Shown: positions 1-12,574, numbered from the whole stretch's first letter. The stretch is DNA of 61,563 bases, filler included, from Choristocarpus tenellus KU-1152 (GCA_964200185.2; 14 parts of 14 records of this genome joined end to end with filler, not necessarily neighbours in it); one strand, 5' to 3'. Program-made: numbers and translations. Notes: generated from the sequence alone by a model not told the origin.

Positions 1-557
1 GTGAACAAACGGAAAACTCACCGTGCGATCATTTCTTGCGTGATCTTGACCCACGCTGCACGCCCGAGTTCAATGGCGTCCAGTAAATGCGGCTCGTGGC
101 CCTGCGCCAACCCCAACGTACCCGTTCTCAAGCACTACTGCCCCTCACACAAACATTTGCATTCATCATCGAGTTCGGGATCCTTTGCACCACATATACC
201 ATGGAGGTACCCACCGCACTTACGGCACTTACTTGTGGATTATGTTGATAGGCGGACACAGTGTATTTGAAGGCAGCTTGCAGAGGTTTCCCGCGGCACA
301 AGGCATGGCTTCCACTTTACTCCCCTACCAGCAACGTACTGTACTGCTGTTTGGTCATGACTCAGGAAGAAAGGTACTTTTCGCGAGAAATTTTTTCACA
401 CGCGCCAAACTCGCGTGAATATCTCCCCGAATTTGTACCAAGTCGCCGAAAGACGAGAATTCCGGTACAAAATCATATATATATTTTGTATGTCGAAAAA
501 AGCGGTACAAAATGGGTTTGGTACATAATATTTGGTATTAAATAGGTGTAGGTACTG
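1..557 (-). mobile_element. pogo/Tigger-like DNA transposon, internally deleted, truncated by window edge
   Basis: Minus-strand terminus TA|CAGTACCTACACC (TA at 558-559). Broken ORF from ATG 306: MPCAAGNLCKLP...HK/CRKCGGYLHGICG...CKCLC (PHD-like), then GLAQGHEPHLLDAIELGRAAWVKITQEMIAR (resembles the end of the pogo DDE_1 domain), GT donor at 21. Confidence 0.6.
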
Positions 558-559
558 TA

Positions 560-660
560 TATGATATTTCATTTCCTTAGGTCTTATACTGACATATGTA
601 TAGTCTTCATTTGTTTCCCCCCTGACACATCTGCAAAATGTAAGGGGACATAATAATAAA
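560..660 (+). mobile_element. 5'-truncated 3' end of CRE-like non-LTR retrotransposon
   Basis: Homologous to 30325-30427; ends in CCCTGACACATCTGCAAAATGT...CATAATAATAA. Confidence 0.6.
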
Positions 661-1385
661 TAGAAAGGATAAATAAAAGAGAAGTGTTACAGGTACCCCT
701 CGATGCTCACCTCCACAGGATGTGCAAGTCAAGTCCAATTCACAGATTATCGAACGTCAGCTCAGCAGAACAGGGGTAGTCTCAAATGAATCAATCAGTA
801 TAAGAAATATGTATAACGTTTGGTATCAAATAGAGAGTGATCTATGTGGGTCTTTTTAGGTCAGAAGGAACTGAGCCGCTTTGAGTCATTTTTAGGAACT
901 CTAATCATCATTTACTGTTTGGGGTTTATTCGGGTTCACAAATACTGGAATATATCTGAGAACCCTTTCCGACCATCCATCCGTGATCCTCTGCAACTAC
1001 CCGAGTTACAGTTTATTCTGCAACTTTTAGGCAAATCGGAGTTCCCCCTTTTGGGGTTCCCCTCGCGCGTATACTGCTCGCGCTGGTTAAAGCATGGGAA
1101 GAAATAATACTCGCGCTATGCGCCTGTAACAGAAGTCGAACCAAAAAGGTATAAAAAAACTACAAAATAATGAAAGAAAAAGATTGAATGGTAATTGGAA
1201 GAGTAAAGGAATCTTGAATTATGATTATGATGTGACAATTCTAGAACGGTACAAAGGGACACTTGGTTAAGAGTCAATGTCTTGTACAAAAAACACATCG
1301 AAGTTGAAGGTCTTCAAAATACGTTTGTGGTATGTTTTTGTCCAGAATGTGTGCTAGTTTTGCTTGGACGTTGGAATGACAGCCA

Positions 1386-1580
1386 GCTATGTCCATGTCT
1401 GCCTAGACGAACGAAATAAGCGGAGAGGTGGTAGGTAGTGATGCCCGTGTGGTCTGCGTACACAAACGAAATACGTACTGGAGTTATAGGCAGTGATGTC
1501 CATGTCACCTGCATACATGAATGAAGTAAGCCTTGGGGTTGTAGTAGTACACGAACGAAATAAGTACTGGGGTTGTAGGG
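1386..1580. repeat. Degenerate minisatellite, ~55-bp unit, ~3.5 copies
   Basis: Recurrent ACGAACGAAATAAG...TAGG...GTGATGTCCATGTC. Confidence 0.7.
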
Positions 1581-2520
1581 AGGTCGGTGAAGGGTTGTGG
1601 TTCCAGGCACAGAGAGACTTGTTGAAAAGAATTGGTGGAGTTGTTGGGTGTTTGGATCTGATGTTGGCCATAGGAGTGGTGGGTTCTACACAAAAGAGAG
1701 CTATTCTAATAGAGTCTTTGCAGTATGTTGTATGGATGTATTTATTAGCGGAGTAGTGAACACTATCCTCGAGGCGGTGGTGCTCTCCCTAGTTGTCTAA
1801 TGCCTCGGTCAGCAAAGACGTCAGAAATGTGCCTGTGTTAGTTACACTACGTCAACCACTTACAGTAAACAGAAGTAAGAGTCAATCTACCGAGACTCGA
1901 TCCCATTACCCTAGGCGTGCGGAAACAAGTCCTTGACACATACTTCACTCAGTCAATACTTCTGTTGTTTATCTCCGGTCACCAGAGACATAACATCGTA
2001 TAGACTACCTAGACTATATTGCACAGGTTTGGGAGCGTTGGGGCAAGTCTTCTTGATTTAAGTGTAAAATATCTATTTCAGTAAATCTGTTTGATAATGC
2101 TTCTTTAGAAGGAGTAACGCTTACACAATCCTCATCACCCCATAATTTCGGAGTAATGTCTGATAATTCTTCTTTTTGACCAAGCAGCAAAGTAAGAATA
2201 GAGGAAATGCCTAACTCCTGATCAATAAGCCCTATTGGATTTAGAGATTCATTCTTCAATTTCTTAAACTCTTTGGGTTGTTTTTGAATTTGCAAAAATT
2301 CATCACTTGAGCCAGCAGCAAATAAAACATGAACATTACCTTGATTGAAGTTATGGGGTGGCCCAGCAAGGAGGTCAGGGTGTTTGTGAAGTGACTAAGG
2401 TGACACATGGTGCACTGAAATTGAGTTTGGGTCAGTGTGCGTGGAGGATGCATGGGATTGGTTGTGGTTGAGCGTGTGTAAGAAGTGTTACAGCACGCTC
2501 CAGAAGGACTGTGGAAAGGG

Positions 2521-2712
2521 TCAGCTGCGGGAAGCTGAGTTGGTGGTGGATGCGGGAGATGGGCGATGATGTGGTCATGTTTTTTTTGGGGGTGTGTGTG
2601 GTCAGTGCTTGGGGTTGTGTGGAGTGGAGGGACTGTGGATGGATCAGCTGCAGGCAGCTGAGTGGGTGGTTAATGTGGGCGATGGTTGATGTGGTCATGT
2701 GTTTTGGTGGGG
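2521..2712. repeat. Imperfect direct duplication (period ~123 bp)
   Basis: TCAGCTGC...AGCTGAGT...GATGTGGTCATGT occurs at 2521 and 2644. Confidence 0.6.
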
Positions 2713-2900
2713 TTGTTAGGAGGGACTTGTTCGATTAGACTCTTCCCAACTCTATCAGACAGTTACGGTAAAATATGTATGGAGTAACGGAACAATCAAT
2801 TAGTGGTTGAGTTATCAAAACCTTTTACTAGTGATTAGTTGCATGATAATTTTTCTCATATAAAAGGAAATATTTCTGATTTTATGGGGCATTACACGCC

Positions 2901-3000
2901 NNNNNNNNNNNNNNNNNNNNNNNNNNNNNNNNNNNNNNNNNNNNTTAATTAATTAANNNNNNNNNNNNNNNNNNNNNNNNNNNNNNNNNNNNNNNNNNNN
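2901..3000. other. Artificial contig-joining linker (N44-TTAATTAATTAA-N44); also at 7031-7130, 11381-11480, 14922-15021, 22893-22992, 26784-26883, 31715-31814, 38531-38630, 42375-42474, 45761-45860, 49277-49376, 53544-53643, 58002-58101
   Basis: Identical 100-nt spacers with a six-frame stop cassette. Confidence 0.98.
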
Positions 3001-3030
3001 CTCCATCCTCAATTTTGGTGATCGGCTGTT
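3001..3030. mobile_element. MITE family D right end (truncated by contig start)
   Basis: CCATCCTCAATTTTGGTGATCGGCTGTT matches the TIR at 33913-33940. Confidence 0.65.
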
Positions 3031-3039
3031 ATCTGGTCA

Positions 3040-3297
3040 GAGTGAAAGTATCTTAGAGGGTACGAGTTTTGCCCTGTTTGTCCATTTGGGGCTTGGTTTC
3101 CCTCGGATTTTTTCATGACATTTTCCTACTCCAAAATTACTTTGGAGTAGGTAAAATATATACGTTATGAAAGGTGTGTCCGCGACAAGAATATTGACAC
3201 TTCCTAACAAACAAGATAGCCAAAATTAATCAAAATCACAACATTGGTTTTTGGGCCCCAAATGGACGCGGTTCTACCCTCTAAGATACTTTGGCTC
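3040..3297 (-). mobile_element. Sola2-type MITE family A, full copy
   Basis: TIR GAGnnAAAGTATCTTAGAGGGTA, GAG...CTC termini, TSD GTCA/GTCA. Confidence 0.9.
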
Positions 3298-5157
3298 GTC
3301 AGGCAGAACCTGCCACTAGGCACATTGGAACATGCTAGTTCTACTGCAGTCTCTCCTCCAAAAGATGTATATGTATTTAGTGACTGCACATTATACAAAA
3401 TCCAATCGGCACAATGTCAAGAGTTGCCCAAATCCCTGTCCAGCAGCATTGGAGAAGGTGACGGACTCTATGAATACTGAGGCCATCACCAATGTGGACA
3501 ACAGAGCAAGAGAAAGTTCGATTTGGCACTTGAAGATACCTGATATGCAGAATGAAGGGGACAGGAAAGGTCAAGGACTAGGTCTATGGGCAGAGGGTGT
3601 ATGGCGCTGGATAATATTTAAAACACCCTCCATTACAGCCAAACCAATTGAATTGAGAGGCAGGCAGGTTTGGACCAGCTTGCACTCTAAGCCATCTTTC
3701 TTACCCTGTTCAATATTCTGTGTTTCGTTGCTATATGTGCACAATAGTGTACGCAAAATTGAAATTCCCCCCTTTCCACGCACAAGGTGACACGACAATT
3801 CAGGAAAGAAGGGTCTTTCTGCAATTTACAAAATGGCACCTCATTGCTCTTTCAGGATCCCTGAAAATGTAACCTTGCCTACTTCTCAGTTGATTTCGAC
3901 TCATTATTGCTTGTTCAAGAGGTTAATGATAGGAGCAAGGAAAGACCTCCACTGCATAGAGCTACACAGCTAGACCCGAAGAGTGCGATAAAATAAAATG
4001 AAGACCCGAAGGTGCAAATGAGGGAGGATTCTCAGGATTTTGGTTAGGCCCACCTGTCCAAGAGTTTTCATTGTGTGTCAATGGCAAAATATCGGTATTG
4101 AGGTATTCCGATATTGTGGTGAAGGGCGACAGAAAAGTCTAAGGCTCCCTAAAGGGCCATAATAGCCGACATCTATTTGCTAGCGAGTGCCAAGGTGGAG
4201 GTAAGGAATCTGAAGAACAAATCTATGTATTGGGCAGTTGAAGGCATCCTAGAATTGTGGTTGAAAACGTTCTCCATACGAGGCAATATACATACATGCC
4301 TTGAGAAGGTATCAAGGACTATAGAATGAAAAGCACAACAGTGAAAGAAGAAAGGAAAAGAGAAGAAAAGTAAAGTAAATGGAGAACCCAAAAATAAGGA
4401 GGTTCGCCAGGGAAGCAGGTGTGCAGGTTTATAGGGGCACCTTCATTCAAATAAATGATTCCCACCATATTTCTATCACAGATCCCAAATTGTAATAGGA
4501 AATAAGAAGAATAGGGTGCCCCTTCGTAAGGGCAAGAAAATAAGAAAGAAAACAATGATTGCGAGAACAGCAACCAAAAAGAGGGAAGGCAGAGTTCAAT
4601 AGGCAGTGATGGTGGTGGTGTGGGTGTTTTGTGTGAACTTGACCATGGCGTATATTGGCTATCACAGCCACACACTCGTACCACTTCCGTTGATCAGAGA
4701 CTCTAGTGCTCCAACTCCCAACTATAATTCCATACTTGCCAGGGTGGTGTTGGAGGCACATCCAACAATTTTCCTCCTCCCCACCTTGCTTACGTCTTCC
4801 TTCCTCAACCTCCCAAACATCAACACTTTTGAAGTAAAGTTGATCATTCCTCATGCGTGCAACTGACTCAGGAAATAGGAGTCTGCACTTGTTCACCGTT
4901 GGCTCATAACTCTTCTCACACCCAGTCTTCACAATGGCATCTTTTGTAAACAGAACATGATCAGTACGTGTTTTTTTTTCCGGAATTCCATAGGTCAAGA
5001 GGAATTTGTGATGAGCGGAGAATCTATCAATTTGATACACCTGGTGTTGGTGTATCCATGTCATACAACCATATTACAGACCCTCAAGGACCTCAGTCTT
5101 CACCCTTCGAATCTTAAGCACTATAATATTATGTGGTAGGTCACGACAGCTACATTC

Positions 5158-5188
<31 letters not shown>

Positions 5189-5881
5189 CTCTGGAGTACT
5201 TTAGTGCGAAGTTTATCGATCTTCTCAGTAGAAATACCTTTCTTAGTTTGGAGGTTTTACTGGTCGTACATGTACGCAGTGATGTCATATCCCATTCCTG
5301 TTTCAGCGGTGTGCAAGTATGAGTTTTACTATGATACTCATATGCGATTCTTGTAAATGACGAACTTCTCCCAAAAACATTGCCTTGAAACCTTGAAGTC
5401 GACATGTTCCGACCTGAAATGTTGAAACCGTGTTGTAACGCCTATTGTTGTGTTGAAAATGGAGAAAACTCTTCTTCAAAACGCATCGATCTCACAATCG
5501 CTCATATATGTATGGCATTGCCTCGAATACCCTCGAAGGAAGATCTGACACAAAAAACTTCCTGGTACATCCTCTGACTCCAGCTCAACATCTGTGGTAT
5601 TCAAATGGATGAATCCACCTATACTGTCGTGGGGGTGCCAGGAATGGGGCATGCAGAACCCACTTGGCACCAGGTTGGTCATGATGTAAAATTGTGCATA
5701 ATCTTGTAGAAAAGACTGCTCCCTGAGGATTGATAGCGTCAAGCAGACGTGATGCTGAATATCCAGCTTCTAACCTCTTCCGTTAAGACTTTGATTTTCA
5801 CCTAGTTCCCATGTACTTCGAAGATTGTCGTTCTTATGCAAGATTTCTTCCCCGACCCATTGCCTACTTCTTCTACTCCAG

Positions 5882-6744
5882 CGCCTTCCTTACGGATTCG
5901 GCAAACACAGTCGCATAAAAGCCCATAATCGCTGCCGCCCAGCTTCTGCTTCGCCGAGCCTCAACCGAGGGCACTTCAAAAATGTCGTTATGGCCGACGG
6001 TACCGTTATCCAGCGTATCGCAAACCTCTCGGTGCAGGGCAGGAGGGTACAGAACGGACTCAGTCCTTCACGACCCAGGCCAGCAACAGCTGGCAACAAG
6101 TCTGAATTGCAATATGCGATGCCTGCAGATACAACAGCGGTCACTGAGCATGCTGTTGAAGAAGATATCATCACTGATACGTCCGTCGGGCTGGATAAGA
6201 GAGCACAGTATCCTTACGACTCTCCTGCAGTAAAGTCTCCAACCCCCCCTCCACTTTCTCAACAGCGCCGTCGCCCTTCGACCGCCGGACCTGTTCGGTC
6301 CACCCATGCATCCTCTGCACCTTATGAATTCCAGTGCAGCCAACAACAGCGCGATGACAGCCACGTAACCTACGTACATCCTTGCTCCCCAGGTCCAAAC
6401 AAGGGGACACCTGAAGACCATCCCTTCCACAGTTACCCAATCACTCCTTCGTCTCCAGTTCCAACCATCAATGCAGAGAGTGGCGTTTTGGGACATGCTC
6501 CTATCGACTGCTCAGACATCGAGGGTACAGCTGAGAGATTTACACCGCATCCAGAGTCCCAATCCCCTAGGTTGGATGGAAATATTAGTCGTAGGGCTCC
6601 AGCAGGATCACGTCCGTTCTCGGCCAACTTGAATTATCGTGCCCAGAAGAATGCAGACTTCAGATCTGATCCTGATAGTGCGGGGATTGAACGATACAGG
6701 AGGAGACCAGCGAGTGCCTCACCACGATGTGACTACAATGGGAG
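5882..6744 (+). CDS. Large exon of a disordered Ser/Pro/Arg-rich protein with five RPx[S/T]A motifs
   Basis: Within 307-aa ORF 5825-6748; pyrimidine tract and CAG acceptor at 5881, donor G|GTAAGC at 6745; RPASA, RPATA, RPSTA, RPFSA, RPASA. Confidence 0.7.
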
Positions 6745-6988
6745 GTAAGCAGTCCTGGGCAGTAACGAAAGGTGCGCATATTCATTGGTTGAGCTTATTC
6801 TCTAGTAGCGCAGTTGGTTCATTGATGACTTTGAGAGACAAGAGTCTATGCCTTGACCAATTTTTTGAATCAGATCAGGCCTATATGTGTACTACCTAGT
6901 GCTCCAACTAGTACTACGTCTAAGTATAAAATATCCAAACAAGCACACTTATGAAGGGAGCTATGATCATCAGTAGGTCCACGAAAAA

Positions 6989-7030
6989 GATCTAAAGTAT
7001 CTTGGGGGGGGGGGTTCTACACCAGGGTGT
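6989..7030. mobile_element. MITE family B end
   Basis: GATCTAAAGTATCTT-polyG-CTACACCAGGGTGT running into the linker. Confidence 0.7.
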
Positions 7031-7543
7031 NNNNNNNNNNNNNNNNNNNNNNNNNNNNNNNNNNNNNNNNNNNNTTAATTAATTAANNNNNNNNNNNNNN
7101 NNNNNNNNNNNNNNNNNNNNNNNNNNNNNNTTTTGTTGGTTTGGGGTGGGTGGTGGGGGGGGGGGGGTGGTGGTGGGGGGGGGGGGGGGGGGGGGGGGGG
7201 TGGGGGGGAGGGTAGAGAGAACTGTCACCATTGGAAGTGTTTCTGTTGATACGTACTGTGTACAACAGACGATAGAGTGGTGTTGTTTTTGCTGGGTGTA
7301 GTTGTGGGGAAATGATGGACATGGACATTGACCCCTCTTTTTTTTTGTAGGATTTTTCGCTCTGATTCCTACAGCAATGGTGATACTTCAATATTTTTTA
7401 TTAGAGTGGTTTACTTTAGTAGTACTAGTAGGTGTAGTAATAGTAATAGTAATAGTAATATTATAGTGGAAAGTAAGACATAGTGTTTGGAAGCTAAACA
7501 CACCTACTAATATGTGCCTACATGCGACCCCTCCTTGCGCAAG

Positions 7544-7801
7544 GTTTTTGATGCCTTACGGTGGTGTGTGGAGATTTCAAGTGTTGCTGTTGTTGCGGCT
7601 ACACAGGGACCGGACAAGCAGTTGTCGCTGGAACATCACAAAGATCTGTTGGCCACAGGAGAACGCCTGATTGAGTGGAGCAAGTCTCCTCCCCAAGGAT
7701 GTTACCCTAAGACAGGGGGATGGATAGGGGATGGAGAGTGGGCTGTTGGTGAAATGGGTGCTCGGAATGCAGTGGATGCACTTGTGTCTACTGGGCAAGA
7801 G
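7544..7801 (+). CDS. Internal exon of unknown protein (probably same gene as 9655-10265)
   Basis: Open frame VFDALRWCVEISS...LVSTGQE bounded by AAG acceptor and G|GTATG donor, GC-rich against AT-rich flanks. Confidence 0.5.
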
Positions 7802-9654
7802 GTATGTTGATGTGTTGTCTGTTGTGGGTGACTTGACCTGGTGTTGACTAATCTGGATATTTCTCAATCTCTTTGTTGGGTATTGTAAGATCTCCTCTGT
7901 GGGCAGAGTGTTAATTTTACCTTGGATGGTGTGACACTCTGCACGGTCTTACAAGTATAAGGGTGGAGATGAAAATATGCATAAGTGGCATCACAGAGTG
8001 CCTGTAATGATCAAGTCCAAGAGATACAAAACTATGTGTAGTACAACACTGTGTTGTGCTTGTTTGCATAACACTCCAGTTCAAAACATATAACCATGTA
8101 GATATCATGCATGCTATCAAACTTAGTACTGTTTTACTACTAGCATATGTGGAAAGCATGGTTGTCTTTGTTACTGGTTGTCGAAATTGTAAAAAATTGG
8201 TTTGATAGGGGTAATTTGGGAGGGGAGGTGGATTGATAGTGGTAATGAGATCAGCATTGTGCTGAAATTATAATAGGTTATTTATAGTCTTTGTAGCCAC
8301 ACGGTTTTGATACAATATGTTCATACTGAGACTAATACTGTTTGCGTACCCCTTCAAGCGTTCATGCCTCACAATTACTAAAAGAACCAAGAGTGTGCTC
8401 ATGAAGATGAACACAGTGTTCACTTGTTGTTAGTATGGATTATTATTATTATTATTATTATTATTGGTCTGTTGCCTCCGTGCTTTGCTCATACCCTTCT
8501 TCAATGGATTTTTTTTTTTGTGCTTTTAAATACTTTTTTGTCATAGATTTTTCTTACATACATACATACATACATGCGTTCAATAAATACCATACCCCCC
8601 AGCTCTCGGGTATATAGTTGTTTTCCTTACTTGTGAGTGTGTTGTGGAACCTATTAAATGTTTGTGCTCTCCTGTTGTTTCCTTATTCTTCTTGTCTTTA
8701 GTCTTTTGGTGGGGTTTTTTTCGTTTTTTGTCTAATGATGATGAATCTTGTGTATAGATCCTTCTTTTTTTTTTAAGGGGCATTTTGAGATTTCTCAGTC
8801 AATTTTTTTTTTTGTGAACCTGTTGACAGTTTTTCACCAGCAGTGTATAGAGAATTGATTAGAGATGCAATTATGGTAGAGGTTTTTTAGACCTTCTGGA
8901 ACTATTCCATGCAGTAGAAGTGTTGTTTTTAGACTACAGAGGGGTTTTTTCTTTATAGTAATAATAATAGTACTGGGCATGAAATCCCTAACCCTTTAAA
9001 ATTTATTTGTTTTTTTCTGTGAATGAACTACATGTAAATACGTACTGTAATTTTCTGGAGTGTTATTTAGGAACTAGCAATGAGAATGCTTGGATTTGAA
9101 ATATATTATTATTACTGTTGTTATTTTGTTGTTTTAGTACCTCCAGGTGGGGGAGTATAGTTCAGGTTGGGGCATCATAATGTGTATTTCACTCCCTTCA
9201 AAAAAATAATTACAAACCTATTTTTCCCTCTGTGAATAGGTGCACTCCAATTGGTCCATTCAAATACGATACTCGAGTGACGTTTCTTTTTTTTATGTAA
9301 GGCAGAGGACTCCCAAAGAAGGGGCGAAACCAGGACCTTTGATTTGAAATCCCTGGTCAGAGCCCTTCCAGTTGCACACTGGGCAAAAGCTCCGATCAGA
9401 AGATGTCCGATACCATCAAAAGAAGGGATGGACTGACACCGGCTTTTGAAAAAAGAAAACGGGCAGCGATTGCAGGGCTGGTGTATATATATATATATAT
9501 ATATTTATTTATTTATTTTGTACTTTTATGTGTACTGGAGTAGTAGTAATACTGATTTTTTGTTTTATTTGGTAATTCTCTATGATATATAAATATGCAG
9601 TAAATATTTATCTTTTTTTTTTGCACTGCGACAAAAAAAATAAATGTGTATCAG

Positions 9655-10265
9655 ATGCTCAAGTGGTTCAGCTGGCAATTCAGTGCCCGAGTGGCCCTGT
9701 CCTCCAACGCCACCTCCCTTGAAGAAGCCAAGGCACTAGTCCACCAGGCTGAAACCGCGATGTGGACAGGTGGAGCAGCAACCACTACTAGTCAGGAAGG
9801 AGGAATACACAGTGTTGGCGAGAGCTCCCATGGAGAGGACATCTCCGTCAACACTGCCTCTGCCAGTGCCTCCGACTTCGATGGGTCAGGGCGTGAAGTG
9901 AAGAGAGGTCCAATGGTTGCAGGTCTGTATTCTCATTTGATGAAACTGAAGGAGGTGGTTGGGGCAAAGGAGGCTGCTGCTTTGGCGTCCACCTGTGAAG
10001 GTGTTGGCGGGAGTGGGTTGGAGGGGCAGAACTGGGGAGGTTTCTTTCCACGTTTTCCTTCAGAGATGACTGCGATTGATGGCGAGGTGGGATGTGTTGG
10101 GGAGTTGCATGCGGAGAGGCGGAGAGAGTGGGGAGCATGGGTTGAATCGGTTTCGAAGGTGGTTGGGGAGGTGGAAAATGGTTTGGGTTTGCTAGAGGGA
10201 AAGGGGTCGGCGGCAGGGAGGGGGTCGTTGGAGGCTAGGAGGATTGAGGCGTATCAACGGAGGAG
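9655..10265 (+). CDS. Internal exon, helical protein, weak resemblance to PLU-1 region of KDM5/JARID1-like proteins
   Basis: Within 207-aa ORF; TCAG acceptor, G|GTGAG donor; SLEEAKALVHQAETAMWTGG and W..WVESV motifs. Confidence 0.55.
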
Positions 10266-11305
10266 GTGAGAGTACAGTTTGTTTAATTTCGTTTTTGTTG
10301 GTTTTTATTTTTTGTATTTTTGGAGGGGAGTTCATTAGAGGGGCAGGCTTGTTTGTCTATGAGTGTTTTTTTGATATTTGGGTTTTGAGGAGGGGTAGGA
10401 GGCGGTGGTTGGTGTCTTTTCTGGAAATATGTACTTTATTTTTTTCTTTTTAGTTCCAAGAGTTTTTTGTTCCGATAAGCTTGACTGATTGCTCTGTTTG
10501 TAGTTGGGTGTGGTCTTGTGTGATATTTTTTTGTGTGGAGAAATTGGTCCTGGTTGATTCAGATTCTCGAGAACATTCTTGAGATCAGAAGGAAATTTCC
10601 TAGAACTGCTACTGCTGTGGCTCTTACATATCTCTTCAAATGTTGGGCACGGGTATGTAATCTACTGTTCAGGAGTTTTATAGGTAGTGTTCTGGTTATA
10701 ATTTTATTGTTTTTATTCACTTTTGTGTCTGTACACACCATGATAATGTTGTGTTTGGTGAATAGATATGTCGCTCTCGAGTACCATGCTACTCTATTTT
10801 TTTTATGTGCTGCCTGTTTTTTGTTTTTATTTTCTTGCTATTGTGTGTTTGTCCTCACCTCTCCCCACCCTGTTACTTTTGCAAGCTCTCTAATAATAAT
10901 AATAATAATATATTTTTTTATTACTTCTCTTGTGTCGGTTATAGGGCTAGTGTGGGGCGCTGGTTGCTGGAAGCAGGGTCAGCTCTTGGAGACGAGAGGT
11001 CAGGAAGGCGTTAAGGAGTGTATCTGGATTGGTCGCCACAATCACTTCGTTTCAAGTATCGCAGTGCTGGTGTACTCCTCAACTTGATTTTTTTTCTCTT
11101 TTGATGTGGTGTTGTATCGAGGGAGGATGTTCTGTCAGATCAATGGTATCATCAACACAGTATTCTTTTTCTTACTTTTTACTTTTTTGTTTCCCCTCTT
11201 CAGTGTGTTACGTGTACAGCAGTATACATGCTTTGTTGTTTTTTTACATTTTACTATTAATACTTATGTTTGGGATCTGACTGAGAGGTACAGTAATATT
11301 CAAGT

Positions 11306-11357
<52 letters not shown>

Positions 11358-11851
11358 ACCCACCACAAACAACCAAACAANNNNNNNNNNNNNNNNNNNN
11401 NNNNNNNNNNNNNNNNNNNNNNNNTTAATTAATTAANNNNNNNNNNNNNNNNNNNNNNNNNNNNNNNNNNNNNNNNNNNNAAACGGATCCCCCCCCCCCA
11501 ACCCCCCCCCCCCCCCCCCCCCCAGAGACCTTGACCCTCCAGGGGAGCGTATATATTCGGTAAACGCCTCTGAGGGTGTAGAATGATAGATAAGTTATAT
11601 GCAGGGCAGAGAGAGCGCAGCGTTTTGGACTGAGTGAGTAATTTGAATGTTCGGGTACGGGTAAGACGAGCATTTTTCACAGCGACACTTGATTCTCAAG
11701 GGGGATAGAGTGCATGATATGCTGAAAGTCTACGTGGTTGTGAGGTGCCATGGATCGATCTAGTTCAGGGTGGAAATTATTATTTCTTTTGTTGGCAAAG
11801 GAACAAAATAAATAATAATAATAATAATAATAATAATAATTGGGCGGAGGG

Positions 11852-12223
11852 TGTTAGAACATTAGCAGACCCCTGAGCTACCGAGCAGATAGTCAGCTGA
11901 CTGAGCCCAAGTATCTTAGAGGGTAGAGCCGTGTCCATTTGGGGGCCAAAATCTATTGTTGCTATTGTGATGTAATTTTGGTCATATTGTTTGTTAGGAA
12001 GTATGAATATCCATGTTCTGGACTCACCTTTTCATAACATGCTCACTTTGCCTACTCCTAAACATTTTGGAGTAGGAAAATGTCATAAAAGAGCCCATGG
12101 GAAGCCAAGCCNNNNNNNNNNAGCCAAGCCCCAAATGGACAAACAGGGCAAAACTCGTACCCTCTAAGATACATTTACACGACTGTCTGCTTGGTGGCTC
12201 AGGGGTCTGTTAATGTTCTAACA
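11852..12223 (+). repeat. 90-nt near-perfect inverted repeat (43-bp arms, AGCT centre) interrupted by MITE A
   Basis: Arms 11852-11894 and 12181-12223 are reverse complements with 4 mismatches. Confidence 0.9.
11903..12180 (+). mobile_element. MITE family A, full copy (10-N gap inside)
   Basis: TIRs; TSD GACT/GACT. Confidence 0.9.
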
Positions 12224-12574
12224 AAAGCTAATCCCAGGGATCGCAAGCTGTTAGGCTTGATTAGGTTTCGCCCGAGGGTTGCTATCCCTCTGATCAGTGA
12301 CCGGCTTCGGCGGGGTGTTTACTAATGCGAGGTTGTGTATCCTGGTGGCATGTTTAGCCTTTTGACGGATGTGTATCCATGTATCTATGCCAGGAGTTAT
12401 GGTCGAGGTGGACAGGCTGTGTAGCGTGATTGCACTGGGGTATTTGGGAAGAGGAGGGAAGCATTGTGAGTTGGGGATTACAGTTTGGTGTAAATCAGGG
12501 TGTTGGAGCGATCCCGTTTCTGTAAGACTGGTGACCTGAAGTATACTGCAAAAATATGACATATTGAGATACCA

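Noticed and set aside
1386-1580. Possible CRISPR array
   Set aside because: Whole units are degenerate copies with no unique spacers, no cas genes, eukaryotic context
2945-2956. Recurrent TTAATTAATTAA palindrome as a biological motif or CRISPR-like repeat
   Set aside because: Always centred in N runs; synthetic six-frame-stop linker
4447-5064. 205-aa minus-strand ORF
   Set aside because: May contain an exon, but no recognisable domain or convincing splice partners
9310-9385. tRNA-like sequence on the minus strand (TTCAAA loop, GGTTTCG)
   Set aside because: Acceptor, anticodon and T stems do not pair; at most a decayed tRNA-derived SINE head
10533-11087. 184-aa hydrophobic ORF as a membrane protein
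   Set aside because: Hydrophobicity comes from T-rich intron-like sequence and a (TAA)n tract
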